DNA of 64,000 nucleotides from an uncultured Chloroflexia bacterium (GCA_963707215.1 CAVPPB010000001.1:320001-384000), one strand, 5' to 3'. Positions 7,759-17,829 are shown, counted from the first letter of the stretch. Translations and numbers: made by a program. Notes: generated by a model not told the origin, from the sequence alone.

Positions 7759-10122
7759 CTAGAACGACCGCTCCCGGACGATGCGGCCGAGGTCGATGGA
7801 GCCGACGGCCCGGAGCGCCGGCCACTGCGAGAGCAGGCCGACCGCGAGGACGGCCAGCGGGGTGAGGATCACCGTCAGGGGCTGCAGCTCGAGGTCGAAC
7901 GAGAACATGTCGGAGCTGAACTCGGCCATGAACTCGTAGGCCAGCAGATAGCCGACGAGCAGGCCCGGCAGGATGCCAAGACCGATCAGCATCAGGTTCT
8001 CGCCGGTCACCAACCGGGCCACCGTCCGGCGCCGCATCCCCAGGGTCCGCATCGCGGCGATCTCGCCACGGCGCTCGGTCACGTTGGCCGACATCGTGGT
8101 GAAGACCAGGGCGAAGGCCATGATGCCACCGAGCACGATCATCACGCCGATGAAGACGTAGAACAGGCCCAGGTACTCCTGGGCGATGTCGTAGAGCGCA
8201 CGACTGTCGGCGAAGGCGACGACGCCCGGCTCCGCGGTGAGCGACGCCCGCACCGCGCTCGGGTCGGCGCCGGGCTCGTAGGTGACGAGGGCCGAGTTCA
8301 CCAGCGGTGACGCATCGGCAGGCCCGGCCAGGCTGCGGGCGTAGGCGAGCGAGGCGTAGGCGAACGTCCCGAGCGGCTCGTCGACGAAGCCGGCCACGAC
8401 AGCCGGCTTCGCGCGACCCTCACCGAGGTCCAGCTGTACCTCGTCCCCGACCTCGACGCCGAGCGACCCGCGGAGGGCACCGCCGAGGAGCAGACCGGCA
8501 TCGGGCAGGGCGACCACGCCACCATCGGGGTCGAGGAAGCCGTGCATCGTCGTGTCGGTCCGGAGACCACGAAGCGTCGTCGTGTAGCGGTCGTCCGGGC
8601 CGATGACCGTGGCCGGGAGATCGATGGCAGGCTCGGCCGCGGCCACCCCGTTGACCGTGGCCAGGTCGGCCGCGGCGGCCTCCTGGACCGGTGGCTCGAG
8701 CCAGACCTGAGCGTCGTTTCGCTGGACCTCGACGAATTGCCGGTCCAGCAGCACGACGATGGTGTCGATCATGCCCCAGGACACGAGGATGAGGCTGATT
8801 GCGAGGACGACGCCGCCGATCGTGGAGAGGCTGCGCCGACGGCTCCGGCCGATGGACCGGATCACGGTCAGCCAGCGAGCGGGAAGCCGCCGGACCGGCG
8901 GCAGGAGCCGCTCGACCAGGCTCAGGCCGCCTCGGCCGGTCGGCGCCGGCCCCAGCATCGCGGCCGCCGGCGAGATGCCGGCCGCATGACGAGCGGGACC
9001 TACCACAGCGAGGACGGCCGACATGACGCCGACGATGACCCCGATGGCGATCGTCACCGGTCGGATCTCGACGACGACGACAGGGATCGAAAGGACCCCC
9101 GTGTAGAGGCGGGTCATGACCTCGTTCAGGAGCGCCCCGACGAGGACGCCCGGGACCGCGCCAAGGAGGCCGACCGCGACGCCGAAGGCCAGATAGTGGC
9201 GCAGGATCGTGCGCCTGGCGAAGCCGTTCGCCCGGAGGGTGCCGATGATCGATCGCTGGCTGGTGACGAGGCGACCCATCAGGACGTACGCAGCGAACGC
9301 GGCGGTCCCCAGGAACAGGATCGGGAACAGGATCGAAAGGCTGCCGAAGGCGCTGACGTCCTCCTGGAGGGCCGCGTTCGACGGCTGCTCGTCCCGGGTG
9401 AACGTGTCGGCGGCCCCGGCCCCCAGGGCGGCGGCCCGGACGCGCTCAGCGGTGTCGCCGGGTGGGTCGGGCTCGAAGTGGAACAGCGCCTCCGAGCGGA
9501 GGGACGGTCCGGGCAGTTCGCTCACCAGCGGCTCCGGGGCGAACAGGACGCCGAAGTCATCCGGGGACGCGAAGATCTGCTGCCGGCTGGGGGCCGGCCA
9601 CAGGTACTCCGGCGAAGCCACGATGCCGAGCACCACGAGATCACGCCACCCGTCGGTGGTCAGGATCGCGACCGCATCGCCGGGGTCGAGCCCGAAGTGA
9701 CCGGCCATGTGCTGCTCGACCACCACACCGTCGGGCTGCGACGGATCGAGACCCGAGCCCTCGAGGACAAGGACGCCGTTGACAGCGGCCTGGCCGCCCT
9801 GTGGCAGGCTGATCGCCCGCCCCAGAAGCTCGTGGTCGCCGACGCGGACCGGGACGTCGGCCAGGGTCCGGGTGGCTGCCTCGCGGACCCCGAGCTCGGC
9901 GGCACCGGCCTCCGCGACCGCCTCCCCGGGACCGCCGATGGCCGTGACGTCGGCGAAGGCGGTCCGCTCGTACATCGCCTCGTAGCTCGAGGTCAGGTTC
10001 AGGAAGGCGTCGAGCGACGCGACGGACAGGCCGACGCCGAGCAGGATGGTGATCGCGACGGCGGCGAACTGGGCGCGGCGGAGCCGGACGTCGCGGACGA
10101 GGGCGCGCCGCATGAGCCTCAC
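7759..10122 (-). CDS. FtsX/MacB-family ABC transporter permease (duplicated)
   Basis: Two FtsX-like halves (QRSIIGTLRANG; ERRGEIAAMRTLGM). The GTG start overlaps the ATPase stop (GTGA). Confidence 0.9.
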   Translation of the reverse strand: MRLMRRALVRDVRLRRAQFAAVAITILLGVGLSVASLDAFLNLTSSYEAMYERTAFADVTAIGGPGEAVAEAGAAELGVREAATRTLADVPVRVGDHELLGRAISLPQGGQAAVNGVLVLEGSGLDPSQPDGVVVEQHMAGHFGLDPGDAVAILTTDGWRDLVVLGIVASPEYLWPAPSRQQIFASPDDFGVLFAPEPLVSELPGPSLRSEALFHFEPDPPGDTAERVRAAALGAGAADTFTRDEQPSNAALQEDVSAFGSLSILFPILFLGTAAFAAYVLMGRLVTSQRSIIGTLRANGFARRTILRHYLAFGVAVGLLGAVPGVLVGALLNEVMTRLYTGVLSIPVVVVEIRPVTIAIGVIVGVMSAVLAVVGPARHAAGISPAAAMLGPAPTGRGGLSLVERLLPPVRRLPARWLTVIRSIGRSRRRSLSTIGGVVLAISLILVSWGMIDTIVVLLDRQFVEVQRNDAQVWLEPPVQEAAAADLATVNGVAAAEPAIDLPATVIGPDDRYTTTLRGLRTDTTMHGFLDPDGGVVALPDAGLLLGGALRGSLGVEVGDEVQLDLGEGRAKPAVVAGFVDEPLGTFAYASLAYARSLAGPADASPLVNSALVTYEPGADPSAVRASLTAEPGVVAFADSRALYDIAQEYLGLFYVFIGVMIVLGGIMAFALVFTTMSANVTERRGEIAAMRTLGMRRRTVARLVTGENLMLIGLGILPGLLVGYLLAYEFMAEFSSDMFSFDLELQPLTVILTPLAVLAVGLLSQWPALRAVGSIDLGRIVRERSF

Positions 10123-10907
10123 CACGTCACCGCCTCGGGCTCGATCGGTGAGACCTGGAGGGCGTCCTCGTGGATCCGCCCCGAGTGGAGCCGCAGGACG
10201 CGGTCGGCCATGGCGGCGATGGCCGAGTTGTGGGTCACGAGCATGACGGTCCGGCCGTCCGCGCGGTTGAGTCGCCGGAGGACCGCCAGGACCTGGCGGC
10301 CGGTCTCGAGGTCGAGGGAGCCGGTCGGCTCGTCGCACAGGAGCAAGCCGGGCCGCTTGACCACGGCCCGGGCGATCGCCACCCGCTGCTGCTCGCCGCC
10401 GGAGAGCGCGCTCGGGAAGTGGTCGGATCGACCGTCGAGGCCGACCGCCTGGAGCGCCCGCCGGGCCTCGTCCTCGCCCACCCCGACGAGCTCGCCGATG
10501 AGGGCGACGTTCTCGAGCGCCGTCAGGGTCGGGATCAGGTTGAAGAACTGGAAGACGAAGCCGACCCGATCACGCCGGTACGCAGTGAGGCTCCGGTCGT
10601 CGAGACCGGCAAGGTCCTGTCCCCCGATCTCGACCCGTCCCGAGGTCGCCGGCTCGATCCCCCCGACCAGATTCATGAGGGTCGTCTTGCCGGACCCACT
10701 GGGCCCCAGGACCACGACGAACTGGCCGCGCGGCACCTCCAGGTCGATGTCCCGGAGGGCGTGGACGGCGAGGTCGCCCTCGCCGTAGACCTTGCCGACC
10801 GATGCCAGGCGGATCGCCAGCCGGTCGGCTTCGGCCGGAGAGGCCTCGGGTTCGGGTTGCCGTCCCGGCGACGAGGTCGTCGCGGTTCCTTCGGCCGTTC
10901 CGGTCAT
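10119..10907 (-). CDS. ABC transporter ATP-binding protein (LolD/MacB-type)
   Basis: GPSGSGKTT, LSGGEQQRV, LLCDEPT, VTH. Confidence 0.95.
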   Translation of the reverse strand: MTGTAEGTATTSSPGRQPEPEASPAEADRLAIRLASVGKVYGEGDLAVHALRDIDLEVPRGQFVVVLGPSGSGKTTLMNLVGGIEPATSGRVEIGGQDLAGLDDRSLTAYRRDRVGFVFQFFNLIPTLTALENVALIGELVGVGEDEARRALQAVGLDGRSDHFPSALSGGEQQRVAIARAVVKRPGLLLCDEPTGSLDLETGRQVLAVLRRLNRADGRTVMLVTHNSAIAAMADRVLRLHSGRIHEDALQVSPIEPEAVTW

Positions 10908-11584
10908 AGGTTCCTCCTGTCTGCTGGCTCGGTGGGGACCGGCGCCGCCAGGAGCGCGCTGATCGATGGGCCGAGGCCACCCAGCTCGGTCGCCGGGTCT
11001 GCAAGTCGGTGCAGGAGCAGGCCGTCCAGCAACGCCGCCAGGGCGGATGCGGTCGCGTCCGCGTCGAGATCGGCACGGACCTCGCCTGCCGTCACGGCGG
11101 CCCGGAGTCGATCGGCCAGCAGCCGGCGGAAGCCGGCTAGCTCGGTCGCGATGGTCTCGCGGACGACAGGATCACGGGTCGCCTGGAGCATCGCCTCGGC
11201 GAGCAGCACGCCGGAGCGTGACGCCGGGTCGAAGCGATCGATGGCCGCGAAGGCGGCCCCCAGCCCGTCGGTGAAGCGTTCGGCCGCGAGCAAGGGCCCC
11301 ACGGCGACCGCCAGCTCGGCCTCGATCGTCTCCACGATGGCACGTCGCAGGAGCGCCTCCTTCGACCCGAAGTGATAGTGGACGAGCGCCTGGTTGACCC
11401 CGGCCCGCTGGGCCACCAGGCGGGTCGACACGGCGCCCCAGCCGCGCTCGGCCACGAGGGCGACCGCAGCATCGAGGATCCGTCGCCGCGTCGCGACACC
11501 TCGAGGATCCTCCGGCAGCCTGCGATCCCCAGCCAGCGCGTCCCCGCCAGCGACCGTTTCGAGTTGGGCACTCGCTTTAATCAT
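10904..11584 (-). CDS. TetR family transcriptional regulator
   Basis: RRRILDAA...GVNQALVHYHFGSKEALL HTH; first gene of the ABC operon. Confidence 0.92.
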   Translation of the reverse strand: MIKASAQLETVAGGDALAGDRRLPEDPRGVATRRRILDAAVALVAERGWGAVSTRLVAQRAGVNQALVHYHFGSKEALLRRAIVETIEAELAVAVGPLLAAERFTDGLGAAFAAIDRFDPASRSGVLLAEAMLQATRDPVVRETIATELAGFRRLLADRLRAAVTAGEVRADLDADATASALAALLDGLLLHRLADPATELGGLGPSISALLAAPVPTEPADRRNL

Positions 11585-11593
11585 TCGCCCAAT

Positions 11594-11622
11594 AGACTGC
11601 CCCGATACCGGGAGCCCGTCAA
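11594..11622 (-). promoter_or_regulatory. Putative sigma-70 promoter of the tetR-ABC operon (TTGACG-N17-CAGTCT)
   Basis: Minus-strand -35 TTGACG (11622-11617), 17-nt spacer, CAnnnT -10 just upstream of ATG 11584. Confidence 0.45.
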
Positions 11623-11719
11623 GGCAGGCCCGCTCGGACCGCCGGCTTCGACGATCTCGGCTCGCCCCGCCGGTCCCTGGGCCAGTGCACCGACGGCCCG
11701 GAGCCGATAGCCTCTCGTC

Positions 11720-11860
11720 ATGAACGATCGACCCCCGGGCGCCCGCCGGCGGCCCCGGCTCGCGGAGCCCCTGGTCGTCACGGCACCAGTCGCCCTCCGC
11801 CCCCCGAGCGGACTGGCTGCCTGGCCCCCGCTGTCGCCCGGCGGACGGCCGACGCCGTGA
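11720..11860 (+). CDS. Putative leaderless 46-aa uORF coupled to the downstream gene
   Basis: TAGCCT-N6-ATG start. Its stop TGA overlaps the GTG start at 11857 (GTGA). Below the ORF-track length cutoff. Confidence 0.4.
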   Translation: MNDRPPGARRRPRLAEPLVVTAPVALRPPSGLAAWPPLSPGGRPTP

Positions 11861-14118
11861 GCGCGTTCCGACGCCTCTTCCACTTCTGGCGCCTCCAGAT
11901 CGGCCTCGCTCGCGAGTGGCGGCCGGAATCGAGGCACCGCTGGCGACGGCTCGTCCTCGTCTGGCTCATCGACGCGATCGCCCTCGGGTTCGTGATCTGG
12001 CTCCTGCCCGGGGTCGAGCTGGAGATCCAGGGGACCGTCTTCGGCCTCGTCGAGATCGGCTGGTTCGCCGCCGCGATCGGCCTGGTGAACGCCCTGATCC
12101 GGCCGGTGATCATGTACCTCGCCCTGCCGATCGCCTTCATCACGGCCGGCCTGTTCGGGCTGGTCATCAACGCGGTCCTGCTCATGCTGACCTCGGGCTT
12201 CTTCGGCGGCGTCGTCTTCACCAGCTTCTGGTGGGCGCTGGTCGCCTCACTCGTGATCGCGATCGTCAACACGATCATCTCGTTCCTGGTGAACCTCAAC
12301 GACGACGACTCGTTCTACTTCTCGCTGCTCATGAAGATGGCCCGTGAGTCCGCCGGAGCCGTCAGCACCGACCGCCCGGGACTGGTCATCCTCCAGGTCG
12401 ACGGTCTGGCTGCCCCGATCCTGCGCCAGGCGATCCGGACCGGGACGACGCCGTTCATCGCCTCGCTGGTCCGGTCCGGCGGGCATCACCTCATCGAGTG
12501 GGAGACGAGCCTGCCGTCCAACACGCCGGCCAGCCAGGCCGGCATCCTCCACGGCAACAACGCGAACATCCCGGCCTTCCGCTGGCTCGACAAGTCGACG
12601 GGTCGGACGCTGGTCGCCAACCACCCGGGCGACGCCGCGGAGCTCGAGGCGCTCATCTCGACCAACCGCGGCCTGCTGGCCGACGGCGGGTTCAGCCTCC
12701 TGAACCTGTTCTCGGGCAACGCGACCGAGGCCTTCCTGACCAACTCCAGGATGAAGGAGGCCGGCGGCAACGTCCGGCGGGCGTCCGAGAGCCTCTACGG
12801 CTTCCTGCTGAGCCCATACCAGATGACCCGGACCCTCGTGCTGCTCGCCCGCGAGGTCGTCCTCGAGCGGATCCAGGCGCGGCGGCAGAGCCAGCGGGAC
12901 GTCCAGCCGAGGGTCCATCGTGGATGGGCGTTCGCGGGCATGCGAGCCGTCTCCTGCGTCGCCTTCCCGGACATCACCAAGACCCTCCTGATCCGCGGGA
13001 TGTACGGCGGGATGAACGTGATGTACTCCGACATCCTGTCCTACGACGAGATGGCCCACCATGCCGGTCCCGAGCGGCCCGAGACGCTGGCCCAGCTGGA
13101 ATCCCTGGACACGCTGGTCCGGTCGCTCGCCAAGGCCTCGCGCGGCGCGCCGCGCCCGTATGAGCTGGCGATCGTCTCCGACCACGGCCAGAGCATGGGC
13201 GCCACGTTCATGCAACGGTTCGGCGTGAACCTCCAGGAGCTGGTCTCGCAGCTCGTCGCCGGGGAGATCACGGTGCTGTCAGGGACCCAGGACGAGGAGA
13301 GCTGGGGTCACGTCAACGTCCTCCTCGGCGAGATCGTCCGGGCGCCGGGCGTGACGGCCAACGTGACCCGGACCGCCCTCGGGAAGCGGGTCAAGCCCGG
13401 CGGCGAGGTCGAGGTCCGGTCGGGTCGCTGGGTGGACCCGGGGACGGAGCTCGAGCCCGTCGGCCCAGCAGGGAGCGCTGAAGCGCCCCAGGACGTGGGG
13501 GTGCCGACGGCGGTCGTCCTGCCGTCCGGGAACTTCGCGACGATCCACCTCACGGCGTCGAAGGAGCGGATGTCGCTCGAGGAGATCGAGACCCGCCATC
13601 CCGGCCTCGTGACGTCCCTCGCCGGCCATCCGGGGATCGGCTTCGTCATGGTCCGCTCCGCGGAGCACGGCGCCGTCGTCATCGGCCGCGACGGGACCCG
13701 CTACCTCGCCGACGACCGTGTCGTCGGCCTCGACCCTCTGCGCCACCTCCGCGGTCATCCGGCCGACCACCTCCGACGCCTCGACTCGTTCCCCAACTGC
13801 GCCGACATCTGCGTCAACAGCGTCTACGACCCCGAGACCGGCGAGGTGGCCGCGTTCGAGGAGCAGGTCGGCTGCCACGGCGGCCTTGGCGGCTACCAGA
13901 CCCGCCCCTTCGTCCTGGTGCCCGCCCACTGGAACGTGGCCGAGGGCCCCTTCATCGGAGCCGAGTCGATCTACGCGATCTTCCGCAAGCGCATCGACGA
14001 GGCGGTCCTGTCGCCGGAGGAGCTCGCCGCCCGCGAGGTTGCCGAGGGGACCATGGCGCTCACCGGCGACAGCCCGGCCGGGATCCCGGCGGATCGGGGC
14101 GGCCCCGCGACCACGTGA
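11857..14118 (+). CDS. YvlD/phage-holin-4-like membrane domain fused to an alkaline-phosphatase-superfamily (nucleotide pyrophosphatase/phosphodiesterase-like) domain
   Basis: N-terminal 4 TM with GLVNALIRPV and TAGLFGLVINA. Then LQVDGL, SNTPASQ, YDEMAHH, SDHGQ and HGGLGG metal/nucleophile motifs. Confidence 0.85.
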   Translation: MSAFRRLFHFWRLQIGLAREWRPESRHRWRRLVLVWLIDAIALGFVIWLLPGVELEIQGTVFGLVEIGWFAAAIGLVNALIRPVIMYLALPIAFITAGLFGLVINAVLLMLTSGFFGGVVFTSFWWALVASLVIAIVNTIISFLVNLNDDDSFYFSLLMKMARESAGAVSTDRPGLVILQVDGLAAPILRQAIRTGTTPFIASLVRSGGHHLIEWETSLPSNTPASQAGILHGNNANIPAFRWLDKSTGRTLVANHPGDAAELEALISTNRGLLADGGFSLLNLFSGNATEAFLTNSRMKEAGGNVRRASESLYGFLLSPYQMTRTLVLLAREVVLERIQARRQSQRDVQPRVHRGWAFAGMRAVSCVAFPDITKTLLIRGMYGGMNVMYSDILSYDEMAHHAGPERPETLAQLESLDTLVRSLAKASRGAPRPYELAIVSDHGQSMGATFMQRFGVNLQELVSQLVAGEITVLSGTQDEESWGHVNVLLGEIVRAPGVTANVTRTALGKRVKPGGEVEVRSGRWVDPGTELEPVGPAGSAEAPQDVGVPTAVVLPSGNFATIHLTASKERMSLEEIETRHPGLVTSLAGHPGIGFVMVRSAEHGAVVIGRDGTRYLADDRVVGLDPLRHLRGHPADHLRRLDSFPNCADICVNSVYDPETGEVAAFEEQVGCHGGLGGYQTRPFVLVPAHWNVAEGPFIGAESIYAIFRKRIDEAVLSPEELAAREVAEGTMALTGDSPAGIPADRGGPATT

Positions 14119-14810
14119 CCACGCTCGGCCAGCCTACCGATCCGGCCCCGTCCGACGCGCCTGCCGGCGCAAGAGGACGCGTGTCACGAGGCTTCCGCCG
14201 GATCGTCACGCACCCGGGGTCGGTCGCGATGGTAGCGATCGTGGCCCTGGTGATCGCAGCCTGCTCCGGATCGACGACCCCCGGCGAGCCGACGTCGCCA
14301 CTGTCGACGGGCCCGGGCTCCCCGACCCCGGCGACACGACCCAGCCTCCCGGGGACGGCCGGCGTCGTCGTCGACGTGGTCGATGGTGACACCGTGAAGG
14401 TGCGCGTTGGCGGCATCGTCGAGTCGGTCCGGGTGATCGGCCTCGACACGCCCGAATCGCGCCGGCCGGGGACCCCCGTCGAGTGCTTCGCCCGTGAGGC
14501 GACCACGGCGGCCGAGTCGCTCCTCGCCGAGGGGACGACGGTCGGGCTCGAGCCGGATCCCACCCAGGACACACGCGACCGCTACGGTCGCCTGCTGGCC
14601 CACGTCTGGCTGGCGGACGGCCGCCTCTTCGCCGAGGCGATGATCCGCGACGGCGTCGGGATCCACTACGTCTACCAGGGCGTGCCCTCGATCCATGCCG
14701 CCCGACTGGCCACGGCCCAGGCGGCGGCGGAGCGGGCCGAGGCCGGCCTCTGGGCTCCGGAGACCTGCGCGGGCGACCCGCACACGCCCGCCGACAAGGC
14801 TCCCGGGTAG
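14115..14810 (+). CDS. Thermonuclease (SNase) family lipoprotein
   Basis: Lipobox VIAAC; VVDGDT, RVIGLDTPE, DRYGRLLAHV. GTGA overlap with the upstream gene. Confidence 0.9.
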   Translation: MTTLGQPTDPAPSDAPAGARGRVSRGFRRIVTHPGSVAMVAIVALVIAACSGSTTPGEPTSPLSTGPGSPTPATRPSLPGTAGVVVDVVDGDTVKVRVGGIVESVRVIGLDTPESRRPGTPVECFAREATTAAESLLAEGTTVGLEPDPTQDTRDRYGRLLAHVWLADGRLFAEAMIRDGVGIHYVYQGVPSIHAARLATAQAAAERAEAGLWAPETCAGDPHTPADKAPG

Positions 14811-14882
14811 CGGCGGGGCGGGCCGGCGGCGGGCGACCGGCGAGCGGGCCGCCGGCGAACGATGGTTGCCCCAGCTCGGCCG

Positions 14883-15623
14883 CTAGACCTCGGTCAGGCG
14901 ACCCCGACGGAACCGTCGATCGGCTGCGAACAGCAGGGCCAGGTCGGCGATCGCGATGACGACGAGGATCCCGACGAACACGTAGGCAGCCTCGGCCGAC
15001 CCGAGCCAATCGAGGACCTGGCGGCCGAGCTCGCGGTTGGAGGCGAGCAGCACCAGCCCGACCGTACCGAGCATCGCCGGCACCATGAGCCCGAACAGCG
15101 TCATCTGCTGCGCCTCCTGGGCGCCCGCGGCACGAAGGCTCGCGAAGATGCCGATCGCCCCGGTCATCAGGGCCACGAGGAAGGCCAGCACGAGCGCCCC
15201 GACCAGCATCGCCGGGTCGTACAGGAACGGGGCTGCCTCGCGATCGGCCAGGTTGGCGACCACGAGGGCCAGGGCCAGCAGGCATGGCGACAGGATCCAC
15301 CCGATACCCACGGCGAACCCCAGCTTGCCGTAGAGGATGGAACGATCCGACAGCCGACTGGCAAGCAGCGTCGAAAGCGTGTGCCGCTCCCGCTCTCCGG
15401 CGATCGCGTCGGGGACGACGACCCCGACGACGACCATCGGCAGGATGACCGCCTGGATCAGCATCAGGACCGGGTCGGTGACCCAGTCCCGGCCCATCTG
15501 GATCGGGCTGAGGACAGCGAAGATCGACAGCATGGCGATCATCAGGAGGAGCTGGCGGCGGGCCCGGCCGCCCCAGAGCGACCGCCACTCCTTCCAGATG
15601 ACCGTACGGAGGTCCTCGATCAC
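14883..15623 (-). CDS. ABC-2 type exporter permease
   Basis: TVIWKEW and IAGERERHTLSTLLAS motifs, 6 TM. GTG start overlaps the ATPase stop. Confidence 0.88.
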   Translation of the reverse strand: MIEDLRTVIWKEWRSLWGGRARRQLLLMIAMLSIFAVLSPIQMGRDWVTDPVLMLIQAVILPMVVVGVVVPDAIAGERERHTLSTLLASRLSDRSILYGKLGFAVGIGWILSPCLLALALVVANLADREAAPFLYDPAMLVGALVLAFLVALMTGAIGIFASLRAAGAQEAQQMTLFGLMVPAMLGTVGLVLLASNRELGRQVLDWLGSAEAAYVFVGILVVIAIADLALLFAADRRFRRGRLTEV

Positions 15624-16561
15624 CGGTCTTCCTCCATCAGGGTCATGAAGACCTCCTCGAGGCTGGCCCGACCGCGATGGACCTCGTCGACCTGGGCGCC
15701 GACGCGAACGAGCTCGCCGACGACGGCTGCCGGCTCGGCTCCGCTCTCGAGCTCCACGATGAGCCGCCCGTCGTCGCGCTGGGCGGCGGTGACCTGGGGC
15801 AGGGCGCGCAGCCGCTCGATCACGGGGCCGTCGAAGCCGCGACCCAGGATCTCGAGCTGGGTTCGGCGATCGCCCGCCCGGCCCAGCTCGTCCGGCGAGC
15901 CGATCGCGAGGAGGCGCCCGCCCCGGATCACGGCCACCCGTCGGCAGAGGCGCTCGGCCTCGGCCATGTTGTGGGTCGTGAGGAAGATCGTCGTCCCCTC
16001 GTCCGCGGCCAATGCCGCCAGGTCGTCCCGCACCGCGGCCGCCGCCACGACGTCGAGGCCGGCCGTCGGCTCGTCGAGGAAGACGAGGGGCGGGCGTTCG
16101 AGCAGGGCGCGAGCGAGCGCGAGTCGCTGTCGCATCCCGCGGCTCCACGTGCCGGCCCTGTCGCGGCGGCGCTCCCATAGGCCCATCGCTTCCAGGAGCT
16201 CACGGATCCGCTCGCGCCGCGCGGGTCCGGTCATCCGACCGGCGCGAGCGTAGAACTCGAGGTTGTCCTCGGCGCTCAGCGCCTCGTAGATGCCGGTGTG
16301 CTCCAGCACGGCCCCGGTGCGCCGGCGGACCTCGTCGCCCTGGCTCCACGGGTCGAAGCCGAGGACCTCGGCCCGGCCGGACGTCGGCTCGAGCAGGCCG
16401 AGCAGCAGGCTGATCGTCGTCGTCTTGCCGGCTCCGTTCGGCCCGAGGAAGCCGAAGATGCCGCCTCGCGGCACCTCCAGCGACAGCCCGTCCACCGCCA
16501 GCACGGCAGCGAACCGGCGGGTCAGGCCGTCGAGGACGATGGCCGGTCCTTCGCTGTCCAT
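15620..16561 (-). CDS. ABC transporter ATP-binding protein (ABC-2/DrrA-type)
   Basis: GPNGAGKTT, WSRGMRQRL, FLDEPT, TTH; GGAGG RBS. Confidence 0.95.
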   Translation of the reverse strand: MDSEGPAIVLDGLTRRFAAVLAVDGLSLEVPRGGIFGFLGPNGAGKTTTISLLLGLLEPTSGRAEVLGFDPWSQGDEVRRRTGAVLEHTGIYEALSAEDNLEFYARAGRMTGPARRERIRELLEAMGLWERRRDRAGTWSRGMRQRLALARALLERPPLVFLDEPTAGLDVVAAAAVRDDLAALAADEGTTIFLTTHNMAEAERLCRRVAVIRGGRLLAIGSPDELGRAGDRRTQLEILGRGFDGPVIERLRALPQVTAAQRDDGRLIVELESGAEPAAVVGELVRVGAQVDEVHRGRASLEEVFMTLMEEDR

Positions 16562-16684
16562 CCACCTCCTCCGGGTACGCGTCGTCCGCGCCCACCCGAC
16601 CGACCCGCCGGTCAGTCTTCCAGCGACGCCGGGTTCCGGCTAGGGCCCTAGGGCACCATCGGGCGACCGCGCTACTCTGCCGCC

Positions 16685-16999
16685 ATGCCGCCAGAGGCCT
16701 ACGCGCTCGTCGCCACCTTCGCCGTCGTCTCGATCGTGAGCGGCCTGGCCGCCAGCGCCGTCGTGGCGCGTTGGGCGGAAGGCCCTCGTGGCTGGCGGTG
16801 GGCGATCCTGCCGTCGGCGACCGCCTTCCTGGCCCTCTACTGGGTCGGCCATCGGGTCGGGCTCGTCGCGGGACCCCAGGTCGAGCTGTACGGCTTCCAG
16901 GTATCGGTCGTCCTGGATCTCGCCGTCGCCATCATCTCGGCATCGACCATGGCTCTGCTCCAGGCGGCCCTGGTCCGGGTCCGCCGGCCGGCCGCCTGA
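16685..16999 (+). CDS. Small 3-TM membrane protein, function unknown
   Basis: Three hydrophobic segments; TACTCT-N6-ATG leaderless start. Confidence 0.65.
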   Translation: MPPEAYALVATFAVVSIVSGLAASAVVARWAEGPRGWRWAILPSATAFLALYWVGHRVGLVAGPQVELYGFQVSVVLDLAVAIISASTMALLQAALVRVRRPAA

Positions 17000-17106
17000 T
17001 CAGACCCACGGGCTACCGGGACGAGCGGTCCGGACCCTGGAGCGGGTGGAGGCGCGGGGCACTTCGCGCCGTGGTCGCCGCCAGCCGGCGGGACCCGCAC
17101 GACACC

Positions 17107-17146
17107 TCCATCCCACGTCCATCGGCGCTCCACAGAGCCGGTCCAC
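17107..17146 (+). promoter_or_regulatory. OmpR/PhoB-type direct-repeat array (TCCAY x4)
   Basis: TCCAT/TCCAT/TCCAC/TCCAC at 17107, 17118, 17129 and 17142 (spacing 11, 11, 13), upstream of the gene adjacent to an OmpR-family two-component system. Confidence 0.55.
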
Positions 17147-17211
17147 GGTGAGCCTGTCGACCGACGCGGGCCGATGCCCGAGAGCCGGGACCACAAGAAG
17201 GAGATCCGACC

Positions 17212-17829
17212 GTGAAACGACCCTTGCTCGCCCTCCTCATCGCCGTCGCCGCGGTCGTCGCGGTCGTCGGCGCGGCCGTGGCCGCCGACGGGGAACGGGC
17301 TCGTGACCGCGCCCAGGACCGGACCGAGATCCCGGAGCTGCTCGGGCTCACCCTCGAGGAGCTCGAGAGCCTCCGTCACGACGAGGGCCTCAGCCTCGCC
17401 CAGATCGCCCTGCGCCAGGGCGTCGACCCCGAGCTCGTCGTCGACCGGCTCATGGCCGAGTGGAACGAGCGGATCCGGGTCCGCGAGGAGCGAGGTGCCC
17501 TGTCGCCAGAGGAGGCCGAGCGCCTCCGCGAGCAACTGGAGCTCCGCGTCCGCGACATCGTGAACCGGGCTGGCGGTACCGGCATGCGTGGGAGCGCGAT
17601 CGGCGGCGGGAACGACGACGGCAGCGCCCAGGGAGCCGGCGGCGAGCGATGGCGCGACGGCGCTCGTGCCGGTCAGGATGCCGACCGCGAACCGGGTAGG
17701 ACCGACCCCGCCGAGCCCCGCGGCCCGGGCCGGGGGGCGGGGAACGACGCCCAGGAGCGCCAGGGCTCCGCTGGTGGTGGACGCGGCGCCCGGGACGGCA
17801 CCGGTCCGCTCGGCATGGGTCGGCCCTAG
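17212..17829 (+). CDS. Secreted helical protein with a Gly-rich tail (two-component system associated)
   Basis: Signal peptide MKRPLLALLIAVAAVVAVVGAAVAA; ELLGLTLEEL...GLSLAQIA...GALSPEEAE; AAGGAG RBS. Confidence 0.7.
   Translation: MKRPLLALLIAVAAVVAVVGAAVAADGERARDRAQDRTEIPELLGLTLEELESLRHDEGLSLAQIALRQGVDPELVVDRLMAEWNERIRVREERGALSPEEAERLREQLELRVRDIVNRAGGTGMRGSAIGGGNDDGSAQGAGGERWRDGARAGQDADREPGRTDPAEPRGPGRGAGNDAQERQGSAGGGRGARDGTGPLGMGRP

Noticed and set aside
11857-12300. Phage-holin-like domains as evidence of a prophage
   Set aside because: No integrase, terminase, structural or endolysin genes; YvlD-type domains are ordinary chromosomal membrane modules.
16640-16651. Perfect palindrome CTAGGGCCCTAG between divergent genes
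   Set aside because: I noticed no second copy or adjacent regulator; insufficient support for a call.
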